Both the position numbers and the translations under genes were made by a program. A DNA stretch of 64,000 nucleotides, taken from positions 1 through 64,000 of the IMG/VR virus record IMGVR_UViG_3300032334_002567. One strand, written 5' to 3'. Under the pieces are notes generated by a model. The model had not been told where the DNA came from. It saw nothing but the letters and a program-made list of their open reading frames with translations, and did no database searches. Below are positions 38,790-49,128 of the stretch, piece after piece; positions within the stretch are counted from its first letter, which is position 1, and every line of letters begins with the position of its first letter.

Positions 38790-39502
38790 ATTACGTTGTA
38801 ACTGGAATCAATGAAGGATATTGGCAAAATTGGGGTTCTTCTTGGATATTGTCTCTCAGAGATGTAGCAAAGTACCAAGGTAAGGTGCTTGTAGTTGCTC
38901 ACAATCTGTCTGACTCTACAAAAAATAAACTAAAAAGCAAAGAAGTAGAAATAGTTGAATGTGAAAAAGATGAAGCTAGTGTGCGAACTTCTACTATAAG
39001 AAAAATAATAGAAAGAGCAGAAAAAGGAAACAATAAATTTGTGTATTGGGATGCTGATGTTTTCTTTCAAGAAGAAATAGATAGCATATTTGATTTAATT
39101 GAAGATAAGTTTTTGGTCACAAAAAATCTGAACAAAGGGTTCATTGCCGCTCAGGGCAAAAGATGGAACACATTAGAAGACATTGAAAAGTTCATGGAGT
39201 TAGCCAAAGATAACATTGTTTATGAAAAAATGTTTGATCTGTTGGTTAAAAATATGGAAAGGCTAACAACTAAAATTGAAGATACTTGGAACTTCATAGA
39301 AATACAAGAAGCTAAAAAGAATGAACTAGGGTTAATTACACATAAAGAAATTTTACAAAAAGCAATACACCCTACAGGAAATATTAAGCATACAATTTCT
39401 GGGGGTGGTTTTCTCTTTTTTGAAAAAGAAAAAGAAAAACACCAGAACTTCATTTCTTCAAAAAATCAAACTACAAGAAAACTCTTAACAAAAAAGCACT
39501 AA
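38786..39502 (+). CDS. GT-A fold glycosyltransferase-like protein
   Basis: YVVTGINEGY, SLR, FVYWDADVFFQ (DxD), WNF. Confidence 0.65.
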   Translation: MNYVVTGINEGYWQNWGSSWILSLRDVAKYQGKVLVVAHNLSDSTKNKLKSKEVEIVECEKDEASVRTSTIRKIIERAEKGNNKFVYWDADVFFQEEIDSIFDLIEDKFLVTKNLNKGFIAAQGKRWNTLEDIEKFMELAKDNIVYEKMFDLLVKNMERLTTKIEDTWNFIEIQEAKKNELGLITHKEILQKAIHPTGNIKHTISGGGFLFFEKEKEKHQNFISSKNQTTRKLLTKKH

Positions 39503-39509
39503 GAGAAAA

Positions 39510-41543
39510 ATGAGAAATCTTGATTTTAAGTATGCCGGGGCTTGGAATTTTTTACCATTTGGCCCCGAAGGCGTAGAAATTAAATTTAAGGACTATGGAA
39601 ACATAGTCCTTATAGAAGGACTGAATAAAGACGCCAAGCCTATAGACGAGCCATTAGATGACTTGAAAATGAGCAGTAATGGAACTGGGAAAAGTAGCAT
39701 ACAGGAAATTATAGTTTTTACTTTATATGGAAAAACAATAAAACGACCAGAAAAAATAAACATTGACGATGTAGTTCACAACAAGATTGGCAAGGACTGC
39801 CGCTGTGTTGTTGAGTTCGACAAATATCGCATTGTCAGAACAAGGATAGAAGGTGGTAAAAAGAATAAGAATAGTCTTCGCTTGTGGGAAAGCGAAGAAG
39901 CAAAATGGGACGACTCGACAGAGCTCACTTTAGGAAGCATGTCGAACACACAAAAAAAGATAGAAGAAATTATTGGTTTATCTTATGAAAGTTTTGTAAA
40001 CATTTGTATTTTTACAGATGACCAAAGATCCTGTTTCTTAGAATGTGATAAAAACACAAAAAGAGAAATTGTAGAAAACTTATTATCTTTGGGAGAGTAT
40101 AGGGAGTGGTTTGAGAACGCAAAGTCTATTAAAAAAGAAACAAAAAATAAAATAGATTTTCAGTCTAAAGAATATTCTTTATTTTTAAGAAATAAAGAAG
40201 ATGCAGAAAAAAGACTAACTCTCACGGAGAGTAAAAAAGATCAATGGATTAGACAAAAAAAAGAAGAACAAATTCAACTGGAGAACAATATAGAGTTTAA
40301 AAAGAAAGAACTTAAGAACTCGGACACGGGAGCAGCACTTGTTCTATACCAAGAAGCACAAGAACTTATATCTAAAATAAACGAAGATACACCCGAGATA
40401 GAGAAAGAAAGAAAAGAGCTTGTTGATAGAATTATTTTAATAGAAGGAAAAGAAGAAACGCAGAAAGAAGCGGCCCAAAAGGTATCAGAACAGCTTAAAG
40501 ACTGTTCCAGAGAAATTAAATACAAACTTGAAGAAAGAAAGCAAAAAGAAAAAGAAATAGAAGAGCTCCAAAAAGAAGTTCCAGGATCCAAATGCAATAA
40601 ATGCAAAAGTACAGTTGAATCAAAAAATATAGAAGAATATGTAAAAGAACTACAAAAAGAATTAAATGATATCAATGATTATATTAAGGGTCAAGCAAAG
40701 GTTGTAGAAGATACAAAAGAAAAAGTAGAAAACGTAAAAGCAAACCAAGAAAAATTAAGCAAGTTGAGATCTCAAACAGAGATTAAAATAAAAGAAATAG
40801 ACAAAAAACTTGCTGATCTTCGGGCAAAATTTGCAGAGGCAAGCAAAATAAAAGAACCAAAGACAGAAAATCGTGAACTAATTATTCAACAAAAAATAGA
40901 AGAACTTAAAAACCAGCTATCGGCTAAAAAAGATGAACAAAAAAATGGTTCGCCTTTTGAGGATATATTACAAAACGGCAAAGAAGAACTAAAAGAAATA
41001 AATAAAGTTACGGAAGAAAAAAAGAAAGAAATAGAAGTTTTAGAAAAAGAATTGCCTTACTACGACTATTGGATTTCTGGGTTTGGTGAACAAGGAATAA
41101 GAAAATGGATAATAGAAGGTATAATACCAGATTTAAACAAAAAGATAAATTATTGGCTTCAATTCCTCATTGAAGGAATGGTGTCTTTGTCTTTTGATAA
41201 TGAGCTACAAGAGAAGATTGAAAGAAGCCCACCAGACGGAGATCCCTACATTTATTATGCAATGAGCACAGGCCAAAGAAGAAGATTAAATTTAGCCGTT
41301 GGTCACTCTTTTGCATATATTACAGAATTAAGTTCTGATGCGATTCCGAGCTTGATTTTCTTAGACGAAGTGACTACAAATGTCGATCCTCTTGGAGTAC
41401 ATGGGATATACAACATGATTAGAGAGCTTGCAGAAAATAAACAAGTTTTTATAACTACGCACGATCCCGATTTAGTAAAAATGTTAGATGATTCATCAAA
41501 AATAAAACTTGTTCATGAGAACGGTTTTACTAAAAAGGTTTGA
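39510..41543 (+). CDS. SbcC/Rad50 ATPase (T4 gp46-like)
   Basis: NFLPFG, SNGTGKSS, coiled coil with CNKC hook, MSTGQRRR, FLDE, ITTH. Confidence 0.94.
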   Translation: MRNLDFKYAGAWNFLPFGPEGVEIKFKDYGNIVLIEGLNKDAKPIDEPLDDLKMSSNGTGKSSIQEIIVFTLYGKTIKRPEKINIDDVVHNKIGKDCRCVVEFDKYRIVRTRIEGGKKNKNSLRLWESEEAKWDDSTELTLGSMSNTQKKIEEIIGLSYESFVNICIFTDDQRSCFLECDKNTKREIVENLLSLGEYREWFENAKSIKKETKNKIDFQSKEYSLFLRNKEDAEKRLTLTESKKDQWIRQKKEEQIQLENNIEFKKKELKNSDTGAALVLYQEAQELISKINEDTPEIEKERKELVDRIILIEGKEETQKEAAQKVSEQLKDCSREIKYKLEERKQKEKEIEELQKEVPGSKCNKCKSTVESKNIEEYVKELQKELNDINDYIKGQAKVVEDTKEKVENVKANQEKLSKLRSQTEIKIKEIDKKLADLRAKFAEASKIKEPKTENRELIIQQKIEELKNQLSAKKDEQKNGSPFEDILQNGKEELKEINKVTEEKKKEIEVLEKELPYYDYWISGFGEQGIRKWIIEGIIPDLNKKINYWLQFLIEGMVSLSFDNELQEKIERSPPDGDPYIYYAMSTGQRRRLNLAVGHSFAYITELSSDAIPSLIFLDEVTTNVDPLGVHGIYNMIRELAENKQVFITTHDPDLVKMLDDSSKIKLVHENGFTKKV

Positions 41544-41776
41544 TTGTGAAAAGAGAAATCAGCATTGTTTCTGTTGTTTTTGTATTGGTTGGATTCTTTT
41601 TTATAATTGGTTATGTATCAAAGGAACAAGCAAAAAATATTTCAAATTTTCCATGCACAACTTGGCATAAAAACCATTGTAGGCTTTGCGGAAAAATATT
41701 TTTATGCGAAGAAGGAGTAAAAATGCTCAAAATAGATGTAAAAAACAACAATAATTCACAACAAAAAAATTTTTGA
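41540..41776 (+). CDS. Small membrane protein with Cys/His cluster
   Basis: One TM segment, then C..WH..HCRLC. Confidence 0.45.
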   Translation: MIVKREISIVSVVFVLVGFFFIIGYVSKEQAKNISNFPCTTWHKNHCRLCGKIFLCEEGVKMLKIDVKNNNNSQQKNF

Positions 41777-41824
41777 ACCGACAAACATTAGATAAGTTTC
41801 ATGCAAAAAGAAGAAAGGTGAAAA

Positions 41825-44098
41825 ATGTCAAAGCAACACAAGAAAACGAGAAACTTTCACGCTGGAATGGGTCAAGCTGTAGCGGAGAGAACGATTCTCA
41901 GAAAGAAAGAAGATGGTAAGTGGGAAACATGGGCAGATGTTGCCAATCGTGTTGCACTAGGAAATTCACTTCTATGCAAAGAATCAAAAGAACAAGAGTC
42001 AGAATATGAGGCTTTACAAAAGCATTTAATAAACGCAACAACTCTTATGAGCGGTAGACATCTACAGCACGGAGATGAGTCGCAACCAGAAAGAAACATG
42101 GAAGTTTACACCAACTGTTCAACTTCCAGCACTAGCTTCATGCTTTTTTACTTATTAATGAACGGTTCTGGTGTGGGTAGAAGTTATGACGACGACATGA
42201 TGCTTGTTGATTGGGATAACGCTCCAGCTCTTAGGTGTGTTTTAAGTGAAACTCATGCAAATTTTGATTTTTCGGCTCACGAATCTGTGAGAGATGCAAA
42301 ACACAAATATGGCAGCGGCAAAGACGTTTTATGGCATCTCGTTGAAGATACAAGAGAGGGATGGGCAAAAGCACTAGAAATATGGGAAAATGCAGCTTTT
42401 GAAAAAATCCATAAAGATAAATTGTTCATACTTGACTTTTCAAACGTTCGACCAAAAGGTGCTCCTATAAATGGAATGCAGAAACGTCCAGCTAGCGGAC
42501 CTGTTCCCTTGATGAACGCATTCAACAAAGCTGCAACTCTAAAAGCAACTGGTTTGCCCCGGTGGATGCAGACAATTTATATTGATCATTATTTTGCCGA
42601 ATGTGTTTTGGTCGGTGGGGCCAGAAGAGCAGCAAGAATGTCTACTAAGACATGGAGAGATGATAGTGTGTTAGAATTTATTACTATCAAAAGACCAATT
42701 GAATTTGCCAATAAAGGGGTAGATGAAATAACAGAGCTAAGAAAGCAAATAAGTCCAATGGGATTCTTGTGGTCTTCAAACAATAGCATTACTGTTGACC
42801 AAGAATTCTGGAAGCTCTTGAATGTAAAAAAAGGTAGTGAAGAATATAGTTCTGAATTAGCCAAACATGCAAGGAATGTTTATAAACTTGCAGTTTCTGC
42901 TTCTTATGGTGATGGCACTGGTGAGCCTGGATTTATCAATGTTGACAAACTAAATCAAGATAAGCTCGGAACTGAGAAGCTTGTTAAAGAAAGTGACTCA
43001 CTTGTTGGTAGCAAAAAATATAGCTTAAATGAAGACACAGGACTTTATATTAATAGGCTTTTGAAGAAAGCTGTTAAAAAACAGCATTTCATGATAACCA
43101 ATCCATGTGGTGAAATTTCTATTGCTGTGTGGGGTGCTTTTTGCACTATTGCGGATGTGGTTCCTTATCATGCTGAAACCTTGGAAGAAGCAGAAGACGC
43201 ATTTAGGTGTGTTACAAGAGCTTTAATCAGGGTAAACACCATGGATAGTGTTTATAAAAAAGAAGTTAAAAGAACTAACAGAATAGGAGTTGGAATAACT
43301 GGGATTCATGAATTTGCATGGAAGTTCTTTGGATTAGGATTTAAAGATCTAATAAATGAAGAAAAGTCCAAGGAATTTTGGATGACTATGGCAAGATTTA
43401 AAAGAGCCGTGCAAGACGAAGCCAGAGAATACTCAAAGAAAATTGGCGTAAATGTTCCTCATTCTGACACGACAATTAAGCCTGCTGGCACAACGAGTAA
43501 ATTATTTGGCCTCACAGAGGGATGGCATCTACCGTCTATGAGATGGTACATGAGATGGGTTCAATTCAGTAAATCAGATCCATTGGTCAAAAAGTATAGT
43601 GAATCTGGTTACCCTGTGAAAGAACTGACTAGCTACCAGAATACTGTTATTATCGGATTTCCAACTACCCCAGTTATAACTGAGCTTGGGATGGAAGACG
43701 CCCTGATTACAGCCGGTGAAGCTTCACCAGAAGAGCAGTACAAGTGGTTAATGCTCGGTGAAAAATACTGGATTCGTGGCGTAGATGTTGACGGAAATCC
43801 ACTAGATAAAGATACGGGAAACCAAATTAGCTACACGTTAAAGTACAACCCCAATAAGGTTGATTTTAAGACTTTCTGTGACACGCTAAAAAATAGTCAG
43901 AGCCTAATTAAATGTTGTTCGGTAATGCCACAAGAAGATCGTAGCAGTTATGAATATTTACCAGAGGAATCGGTGACAAAAGCAGAATACGAAAACGTTG
44001 TAAGAAAAATTACTTCTTCTTTGCAGGAAGACGTAGATCGTACACACGTAGATTGTGCAGGCGGTGCATGTCCCGTTGACTTTAAGAAAGAATCATGA
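41825..44098 (+). CDS. nrdJ: Class II (adenosylcobalamin-dependent) ribonucleotide reductase
   Basis: TNCS, GSGVG, GGARRAA, GEPG, TNPCGE, RIGVG, TTIKPAGTTS, C-terminal CAGGACP; no beta-subunit gene in the window. Confidence 0.88.
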   Translation: MSKQHKKTRNFHAGMGQAVAERTILRKKEDGKWETWADVANRVALGNSLLCKESKEQESEYEALQKHLINATTLMSGRHLQHGDESQPERNMEVYTNCSTSSTSFMLFYLLMNGSGVGRSYDDDMMLVDWDNAPALRCVLSETHANFDFSAHESVRDAKHKYGSGKDVLWHLVEDTREGWAKALEIWENAAFEKIHKDKLFILDFSNVRPKGAPINGMQKRPASGPVPLMNAFNKAATLKATGLPRWMQTIYIDHYFAECVLVGGARRAARMSTKTWRDDSVLEFITIKRPIEFANKGVDEITELRKQISPMGFLWSSNNSITVDQEFWKLLNVKKGSEEYSSELAKHARNVYKLAVSASYGDGTGEPGFINVDKLNQDKLGTEKLVKESDSLVGSKKYSLNEDTGLYINRLLKKAVKKQHFMITNPCGEISIAVWGAFCTIADVVPYHAETLEEAEDAFRCVTRALIRVNTMDSVYKKEVKRTNRIGVGITGIHEFAWKFFGLGFKDLINEEKSKEFWMTMARFKRAVQDEAREYSKKIGVNVPHSDTTIKPAGTTSKLFGLTEGWHLPSMRWYMRWVQFSKSDPLVKKYSESGYPVKELTSYQNTVIIGFPTTPVITELGMEDALITAGEASPEEQYKWLMLGEKYWIRGVDVDGNPLDKDTGNQISYTLKYNPNKVDFKTFCDTLKNSQSLIKCCSVMPQEDRSSYEYLPEESVTKAEYENVVRKITSSLQEDVDRTHVDCAGGACPVDFKKES

Positions 44099-44646
44099 AT
44101 TTCAAAGATTTTTTAGTTTGCGAACAACAAGTAAGTTTGAGCCAAAAAATTGGCCCGATCCTAGGGGACGCACAACAGTTGCGTGATCAGGCCAATAAGC
44201 TTGCTGTAAAGCATTTAGCCCAATTTTCTGGGGATGTGGTGAGAAAGATAAGGGATATACTTCATAGCCATTGGTCGGATGAACAAGTTAAATATTTAGA
44301 AAGGCTAAGAATTGTAGCTTTTAATATAGCTGATGCTATAAAAGAAAAAGGAGACCTACCAGGAATCATAGCTGCATCTGTGGAAGAATTAGATAAAATT
44401 GTTAAGGACATTGGTTCTCCAATAAACTCACTTGCAGTTGATCCAGGAACCGATAATAAAGAAACGGATTCAAAGGGCACAAGTCCCGCAATTAAGAACG
44501 TACCAAATAAGGACCAGTCCAAGCCGCCAGCACAAACTAAAACTGTTGATTCGGCCGTAACAGCTACAAATCCACTTAGCAACGATCCTGAGTCGGTTGT
44601 AAGCCCTCCTTTGGGAGGCAGCTCTGGTACTTTAGATGCGTTTTAA
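44095..44646 (+). CDS. Hypothetical protein with capsid-targeting-like N-terminus
   Basis: MNFKDFLVCEQ. Confidence 0.6.
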   Translation: MNFKDFLVCEQQVSLSQKIGPILGDAQQLRDQANKLAVKHLAQFSGDVVRKIRDILHSHWSDEQVKYLERLRIVAFNIADAIKEKGDLPGIIAASVEELDKIVKDIGSPINSLAVDPGTDNKETDSKGTSPAIKNVPNKDQSKPPAQTKTVDSAVTATNPLSNDPESVVSPPLGGSSGTLDAF

Positions 44647-44648
44647 CA

Positions 44649-44677
44649 TTGATTTTCTTAAATAATTTAAATATAAT
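44649..44677 (+). promoter_or_regulatory. Sigma70-like promoter for guaC and the GATase
   Basis: TTGATT-17 nt-TATAAT. Confidence 0.6.
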
Positions 44678-44713
44678 CCTAAGCACCTTCCCCAATTAAT
44701 TAGGATAGAAAAA

Positions 44714-45757
44714 ATGAAAGTTGAAAGCGAAATAAAGCTAGATTTCAACGATGTGTTAATAAAGCCAAAAAGAAGTAGTCTCGAAAGCAGATCTCAAGTA
44801 GACCTGAATAGAGAATACAAATTTAGAAATTCTTCCATAAAAATTGAGGTTGGTGTGCCTCTCGTAGCAGCCAACATGGATACAATTGCTACGTTTGAAA
44901 TGGCCCGAGCTTTGTCAAAAAGAAACATATGGACAGCCTTACATAAATTTTACTCTATCAATGAGATTGAAAAATTTTTTAAAGAAGAAGCAGACGTAGC
45001 TTCTAAGTGCTTTTATTCTCTAGGAATAAATGAAGATGATTTTGATAAGATAAAAAAACTTCAAGGATTAGGTGTAAAGCTTCCGTTCATTTGTGTTGAC
45101 GTTGCAAACGGCTATAGCCAAAAGTTCGTAAATGAATGTGGTTATTTAAGAAAGCTATTCCCAAATGCAGTAATATTGGCTGGGAACGTATGTACACCAG
45201 AAATGGTACAAGAGCTACTGATTTCGGGCGGAGTGGACATAATTAAAGTAGGGATAGGTGGTGGAAGTGGATGTATCACTAGGCATACAACGGGCATAGG
45301 ATTTCCACAACTTAGTGCCGTAATAGAATGCGGCGATGCTGCTCATGGTCTAGGCGGGCATATCTGCTCTGATGGTGGTTGTAGGGCTCCTGGCGACATA
45401 GCCAAAGCATTTGCTGCTGGTGCTGACTTTGTGATGATGGGAGGCATGTTAGCGGGGCATGATGAATGTGGAGGTGAATTTAAACTAAATGAAAATGGCG
45501 AAAGAAAATCCATGTGTTTTTATGGAATGAGCTCTGAGCTTGCTATGAAAAAATACTATGGAGGCAAAGCTAGCTATAGAGCAAGTGAAGGAAGAGTAAT
45601 AGAAGTCCCCTATAAAGGCCATGTAGATCAGACTATAGAACAAATATTGGGTGGGTTAAGAAGCACTTGCACTTATGTTGGTACAGATAAATTAAAAGAC
45701 TTATCAAAGTGCACTACATTTATAAGAGTGAATAGAGTACACGATAATATGAATTAA
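44714..45757 (+). CDS. guaC: GMP reductase
   Basis: KLDFNDVLIKPKRS, AANMD, DVANGY, KVGIGGGSGCITR, SDGG, FYGMSS, YRASEG, GGLRSTCTYVG. Confidence 0.93.
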   Translation: MKVESEIKLDFNDVLIKPKRSSLESRSQVDLNREYKFRNSSIKIEVGVPLVAANMDTIATFEMARALSKRNIWTALHKFYSINEIEKFFKEEADVASKCFYSLGINEDDFDKIKKLQGLGVKLPFICVDVANGYSQKFVNECGYLRKLFPNAVILAGNVCTPEMVQELLISGGVDIIKVGIGGGSGCITRHTTGIGFPQLSAVIECGDAAHGLGGHICSDGGCRAPGDIAKAFAAGADFVMMGGMLAGHDECGGEFKLNENGERKSMCFYGMSSELAMKKYYGGKASYRASEGRVIEVPYKGHVDQTIEQILGGLRSTCTYVGTDKLKDLSKCTTFIRVNRVHDNMN

Positions 45758-45768
45758 GAGGTGAAAAT

Positions 45769-46911
45769 ATTTGTGGAATAGCAGGTTTTATAGGTTTATC
45801 TAAAAAACCTATCTTTAGTTACCAGCTTACAACTAAACTATTTGAAATAAGTGAATCCAGAGGAATTGATGCCGCAGGATTTTGGGCCGTGCGTCCTGAT
45901 GGTGGCGTTATATACCATAAAAAACCCATTAGATCATCTAGGTTTGTAAAGAGAGATGAATGGAGGGATGTTTTTAAATATAATCCTAATTTATTATTAG
46001 CACACGCAAGAGGAGCTTCTAAAGGTGTAGGAGAGCCTATGTTTAATAAAAACAATCATCCTTTCACAAGCTTAGACAAGTCTATTGGTCTTATCCACAA
46101 TGGCAGGGTAGAAGACTCTGAGTATCGGTCTTTAAAAAAAGCATATGAAGTATCAAGTGATTGCGATTCTGAAGTTATCCTTAGAATAATAGAAGCTGGC
46201 TCGCACTATCATCCGCATGAGATTACAGAGTTTATAAATCTGGATTATCCAAATAGATTAGCAGGGATTAGGGACGTTTATTCCTTTATAAACTCTGGTC
46301 ATTTAGCTGTGGCTGTGGGTGAGAGGAATGACGAAAACAATAGATCCCTGTGGCTTTTTAGAAACGCTTATAGACCTCTTTGGATTGTGGATATGCGTGA
46401 GCTACTAGGACAAATATTCTTTGTCTCAGAGCCGGGAATATGGGAGGAGTCAATAAATGAATGTCCTTCTATTAGAGGACATTCTAAATTTCAAAAATTA
46501 ATAGAGTTGCCACCGGAAGAAGTTTGGTTGATAGAATCAACAAAAGAAGAACCAACTCCAAATAAAATAAAAAAATACAAAGTTTCTAAAAGCAAAGAAA
46601 TAAGTGCTAATGAAATAAACAAATATTTTCCATTGATAGAAAAGCAGCCGTCGTTTGAAGTAATAAGCACAATAAGCGAAGAAAAAGAAACCCACCAATT
46701 TTTCGAAAATAATGATTGGGAAGAATTAGAATTAAAAGAGCTTGAAAGTAAATGCAACAAAGTTTCAGAAACTGTTCAAGAAATTAAAAATTGGGTAAAA
46801 GAAAAAACTACAAAACAGTCTATAGGCAAGGACGAAATAGATAGAATCTCTAATTTAATGAATAATCAAATCGATGATATGAACAAAATAGTTTCAATAC
46901 TGGAGAATTAG
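45769..46911 (+). CDS. Class II (Ntn) glutamine amidotransferase, ATT start
   Basis: (M)CGIAGFIG, SRGIDAAG, LAHARGAS, NNHPF, HNG, CDSE; GAGGTG SD 5 nt before ATT. Confidence 0.88.
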   Translation: MCGIAGFIGLSKKPIFSYQLTTKLFEISESRGIDAAGFWAVRPDGGVIYHKKPIRSSRFVKRDEWRDVFKYNPNLLLAHARGASKGVGEPMFNKNNHPFTSLDKSIGLIHNGRVEDSEYRSLKKAYEVSSDCDSEVILRIIEAGSHYHPHEITEFINLDYPNRLAGIRDVYSFINSGHLAVAVGERNDENNRSLWLFRNAYRPLWIVDMRELLGQIFFVSEPGIWEESINECPSIRGHSKFQKLIELPPEEVWLIESTKEEPTPNKIKKYKVSKSKEISANEINKYFPLIEKQPSFEVISTISEEKETHQFFENNDWEELELKELESKCNKVSETVQEIKNWVKEKTTKQSIGKDEIDRISNLMNNQIDDMNKIVSILEN

Positions 46912-46942
46912 TAACTATATAAGATATAGAAATGAGGTTTCT

Positions 46943-47482
46943 ATGTCTTATAATTTTGAAGATTTTGAAGATTTTGTTACAGACGAAGATTTCTTAAATA
47001 AGAAGAAAAAGAAAAAAGTTAATGGAAAGAAAAAAGGCAATAGGACTGAGCTTGAACTAACTAAAATACTCAATAAGAGATTCGGAACAGGATTCAGCAG
47101 ATCAGTTGGCTCCGGAAATCGTTGGTCACAAACTAACCACTTGCCAAAACACGCCCAAGAAATATTTTCTGGGGACCTGATTGTTCCTTTGGGGTTTAAG
47201 TTTGTATTAGAAAGCAAGGGCGGCTACGAAGACATAGACATAAATGGTCTATTTGTACGAGGCAACAAAGAACTTGATGGATTCTTGGACCAAGTTTCAA
47301 GAGATGCCAAAAGATGTGACAAAAAACCAATGCTATGCTGGAAGAAAAACAGAAAACCGTGGTTGGTTGCTATTTTGACTAAAGACATGACACGGGAGTT
47401 CAAATATGAACTTCGCTACGGAAAATGGTCTATTCTAGCACTTGAAGAACTTCTAGGTTTAGAGGACGAGTTTTTCATCTAA
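46943..47482 (+). CDS. Holliday junction resolvase (Hjc-like PD-(D/E)XK)
   Basis: KKKGNRTE, RSVGSG, GDL, VLESK, Q..RDA, PML.WK. Confidence 0.8.
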   Translation: MSYNFEDFEDFVTDEDFLNKKKKKKVNGKKKGNRTELELTKILNKRFGTGFSRSVGSGNRWSQTNHLPKHAQEIFSGDLIVPLGFKFVLESKGGYEDIDINGLFVRGNKELDGFLDQVSRDAKRCDKKPMLCWKKNRKPWLVAILTKDMTREFKYELRYGKWSILALEELLGLEDEFFI

Positions 47483-47883
47483 ATGTCCCTAGAAGAAGGT
47501 CTGATTTCTCTTACCTTCTTGCCTTCAAGATAGTTGCGTAACGCATAAACAACACTAGGATATAGATTTGAAGGGTTTTTATCAGCCCTTTTAAGAAAAC
47601 GCCATAGTAGGAACACAGGGTCATTAGGCCCGCTAAAATTCTTATTGCAAAAGTCATCACAGAACTTGATGACCTTTTCTCGGTCATGTTTAGCAAGAGC
47701 TTTCGCAATAACAGCGATCATGGAAGTTGGTCTTTGAGGCATAAGTCTCATTGCTTCGATAATTTCTTCTTCATACATGATCTTAAAATCGAGCCTTTGA
47801 TTTGAAGTAGCCCGTAGTTTTTTTGCACTACCGGACTTCATCATTTGATTTGTAACGCTTTCTACAATTTTTTCTTTGTTCAT
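47479..47883 (-). CDS. Stand-alone paralogue of the C-terminal domain of the ParB-like protein at 50890-51918
   Basis: Shared AV..K...FCD...F...DP..L...Y...A....KK/RK...DI/DV pattern. Confidence 0.6.
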   Translation of the reverse strand: MNKEKIVESVTNQMMKSGSAKKLRATSNQRLDFKIMYEEEIIEAMRLMPQRPTSMIAVIAKALAKHDREKVIKFCDDFCNKNFSGPNDPVFLLWRFLKRADKNPSNLYPSVVYALRNYLEGKKVREIRPSSRDI

Positions 47884-47894
47884 ACCAAGCCTTT

Positions 47895-49118
47895 CTATTC
47901 AAAATCCGACAAGTTGAAGAAATTGCATTCTTCTGAAATAAACTTTTTAGTCGAGAAATCAGTTAGAAACCAGTACCAATTCTTGGGTTTCTCTGGCTCA
48001 ACTGCTTCTCCATAGCCATCCGTTATGACGAAAACGCCGTCTGGGTACTTTTCACCATTTTGGATATGCTGCTGGATTGTTTGCTCCAATACAGCTAAAG
48101 AAGTGCCTCCACCACCATAAACAGAGACTTTCCCATTCTGCTTTGGACTAACTTCTGCCACCTTAGTATCGAAGCAAAATAGACGAACGTCAAATTTTTC
48201 GGAAGGCAATGAAGAAACTGCGGAGAAAAACCTATCTTTGTATCCCCAGCAAGACCCAGAGGTGTCAAGAAAGAAGTAAATTTTAATTTTAGATTTGCTC
48301 TTTTCAAGATGTTCAACTTCCATTTCTGACGGGATAAAGATTTCATCTAAGGCGGTAAGTCCTGATAAACGTCGATTAATTCTAGCCCATTGATCTATTT
48401 CTTTAAATTTACTTTGGTATTTGGCGTGGCACCATTTCTTGATTACAGTTTCCCATTTTCTTTTTTTTGTTTTAACTTCAAAATTTAAAACCTGCCAGAT
48501 TCCTTCCCCTAGCCCAATATGTTTTTGTATAGCATCAGAGAGACTCTTTTTTTCTTCTTTTGACATGCCTTCCAAAATATTGTTAGGAAGGTCGTTTTTA
48601 AAGGCGTGTTCGTCTACAGTGGATATTTCACCTTCACCTGGACCACCATCTCCGAATGACTTTTCAAACAAACTGTAGTAAAACTCATATGTTTCAGAAT
48701 TGGAAAGGTTAACTTTTTCTGCGAAAACGGTGTCCACCCAACAATAACTTTCCCAATTAAGTATGCTTTCTCTCTTAAAACCAAATTTTTCCACTAAAAG
48801 ATGGTTGACAACCACATCTAGGCATTGGTTACAGGCCAACATATTCACAGAGTCTTTAGTTCTTTTGCCGTGATTCAAAATCAAGTGCAAAGATTCATGG
48901 CAAATTACAAAGAGTTTATTGTAATAATCTAAAGAGTTCCAGAAATCCTCATTAAAAAGAAAGACAACAAACTCTCCTTCTTTGTCAAATTGAACGGCGG
49001 CCGTGTTGACTCTATTGGTAAAATGAGGTTTACCAATTTGCCATATTTTATAAAATATGGCATGGTGTTCTTCTAAACTCCTACTAATCTCTATCCACTC
49101 TTTATTTGTAATGCTCAT
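47895..49118 (-). CDS. Metallopeptidase (HExxH) plus VWA domain protein (DUF2201-like)
   Basis: TAAV, CHESLH, D..VN, VDEH; LDTSGS (MIDAS), FDT, GGGT, VITDG. Confidence 0.88.
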   Translation of the reverse strand: MSITNKEWIEISRSLEEHHAIFYKIWQIGKPHFTNRVNTAAVQFDKEGEFVVFLFNEDFWNSLDYYNKLFVICHESLHLILNHGKRTKDSVNMLACNQCLDVVVNHLLVEKFGFKRESILNWESYCWVDTVFAEKVNLSNSETYEFYYSLFEKSFGDGGPGEGEISTVDEHAFKNDLPNNILEGMSKEEKKSLSDAIQKHIGLGEGIWQVLNFEVKTKKRKWETVIKKWCHAKYQSKFKEIDQWARINRRLSGLTALDEIFIPSEMEVEHLEKSKSKIKIYFFLDTSGSCWGYKDRFFSAVSSLPSEKFDVRLFCFDTKVAEVSPKQNGKVSVYGGGGTSLAVLEQTIQQHIQNGEKYPDGVFVITDGYGEAVEPEKPKNWYWFLTDFSTKKFISEECNFFNLSDFE

Positions 49119-49128
49119 TTTAGTTGCT

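Noticed and set aside
41825-44098. Intein or intron in the RNR, terminase or helicase
   Set aside because: Normal lengths; no intein splice motifs or frame interruptions seen
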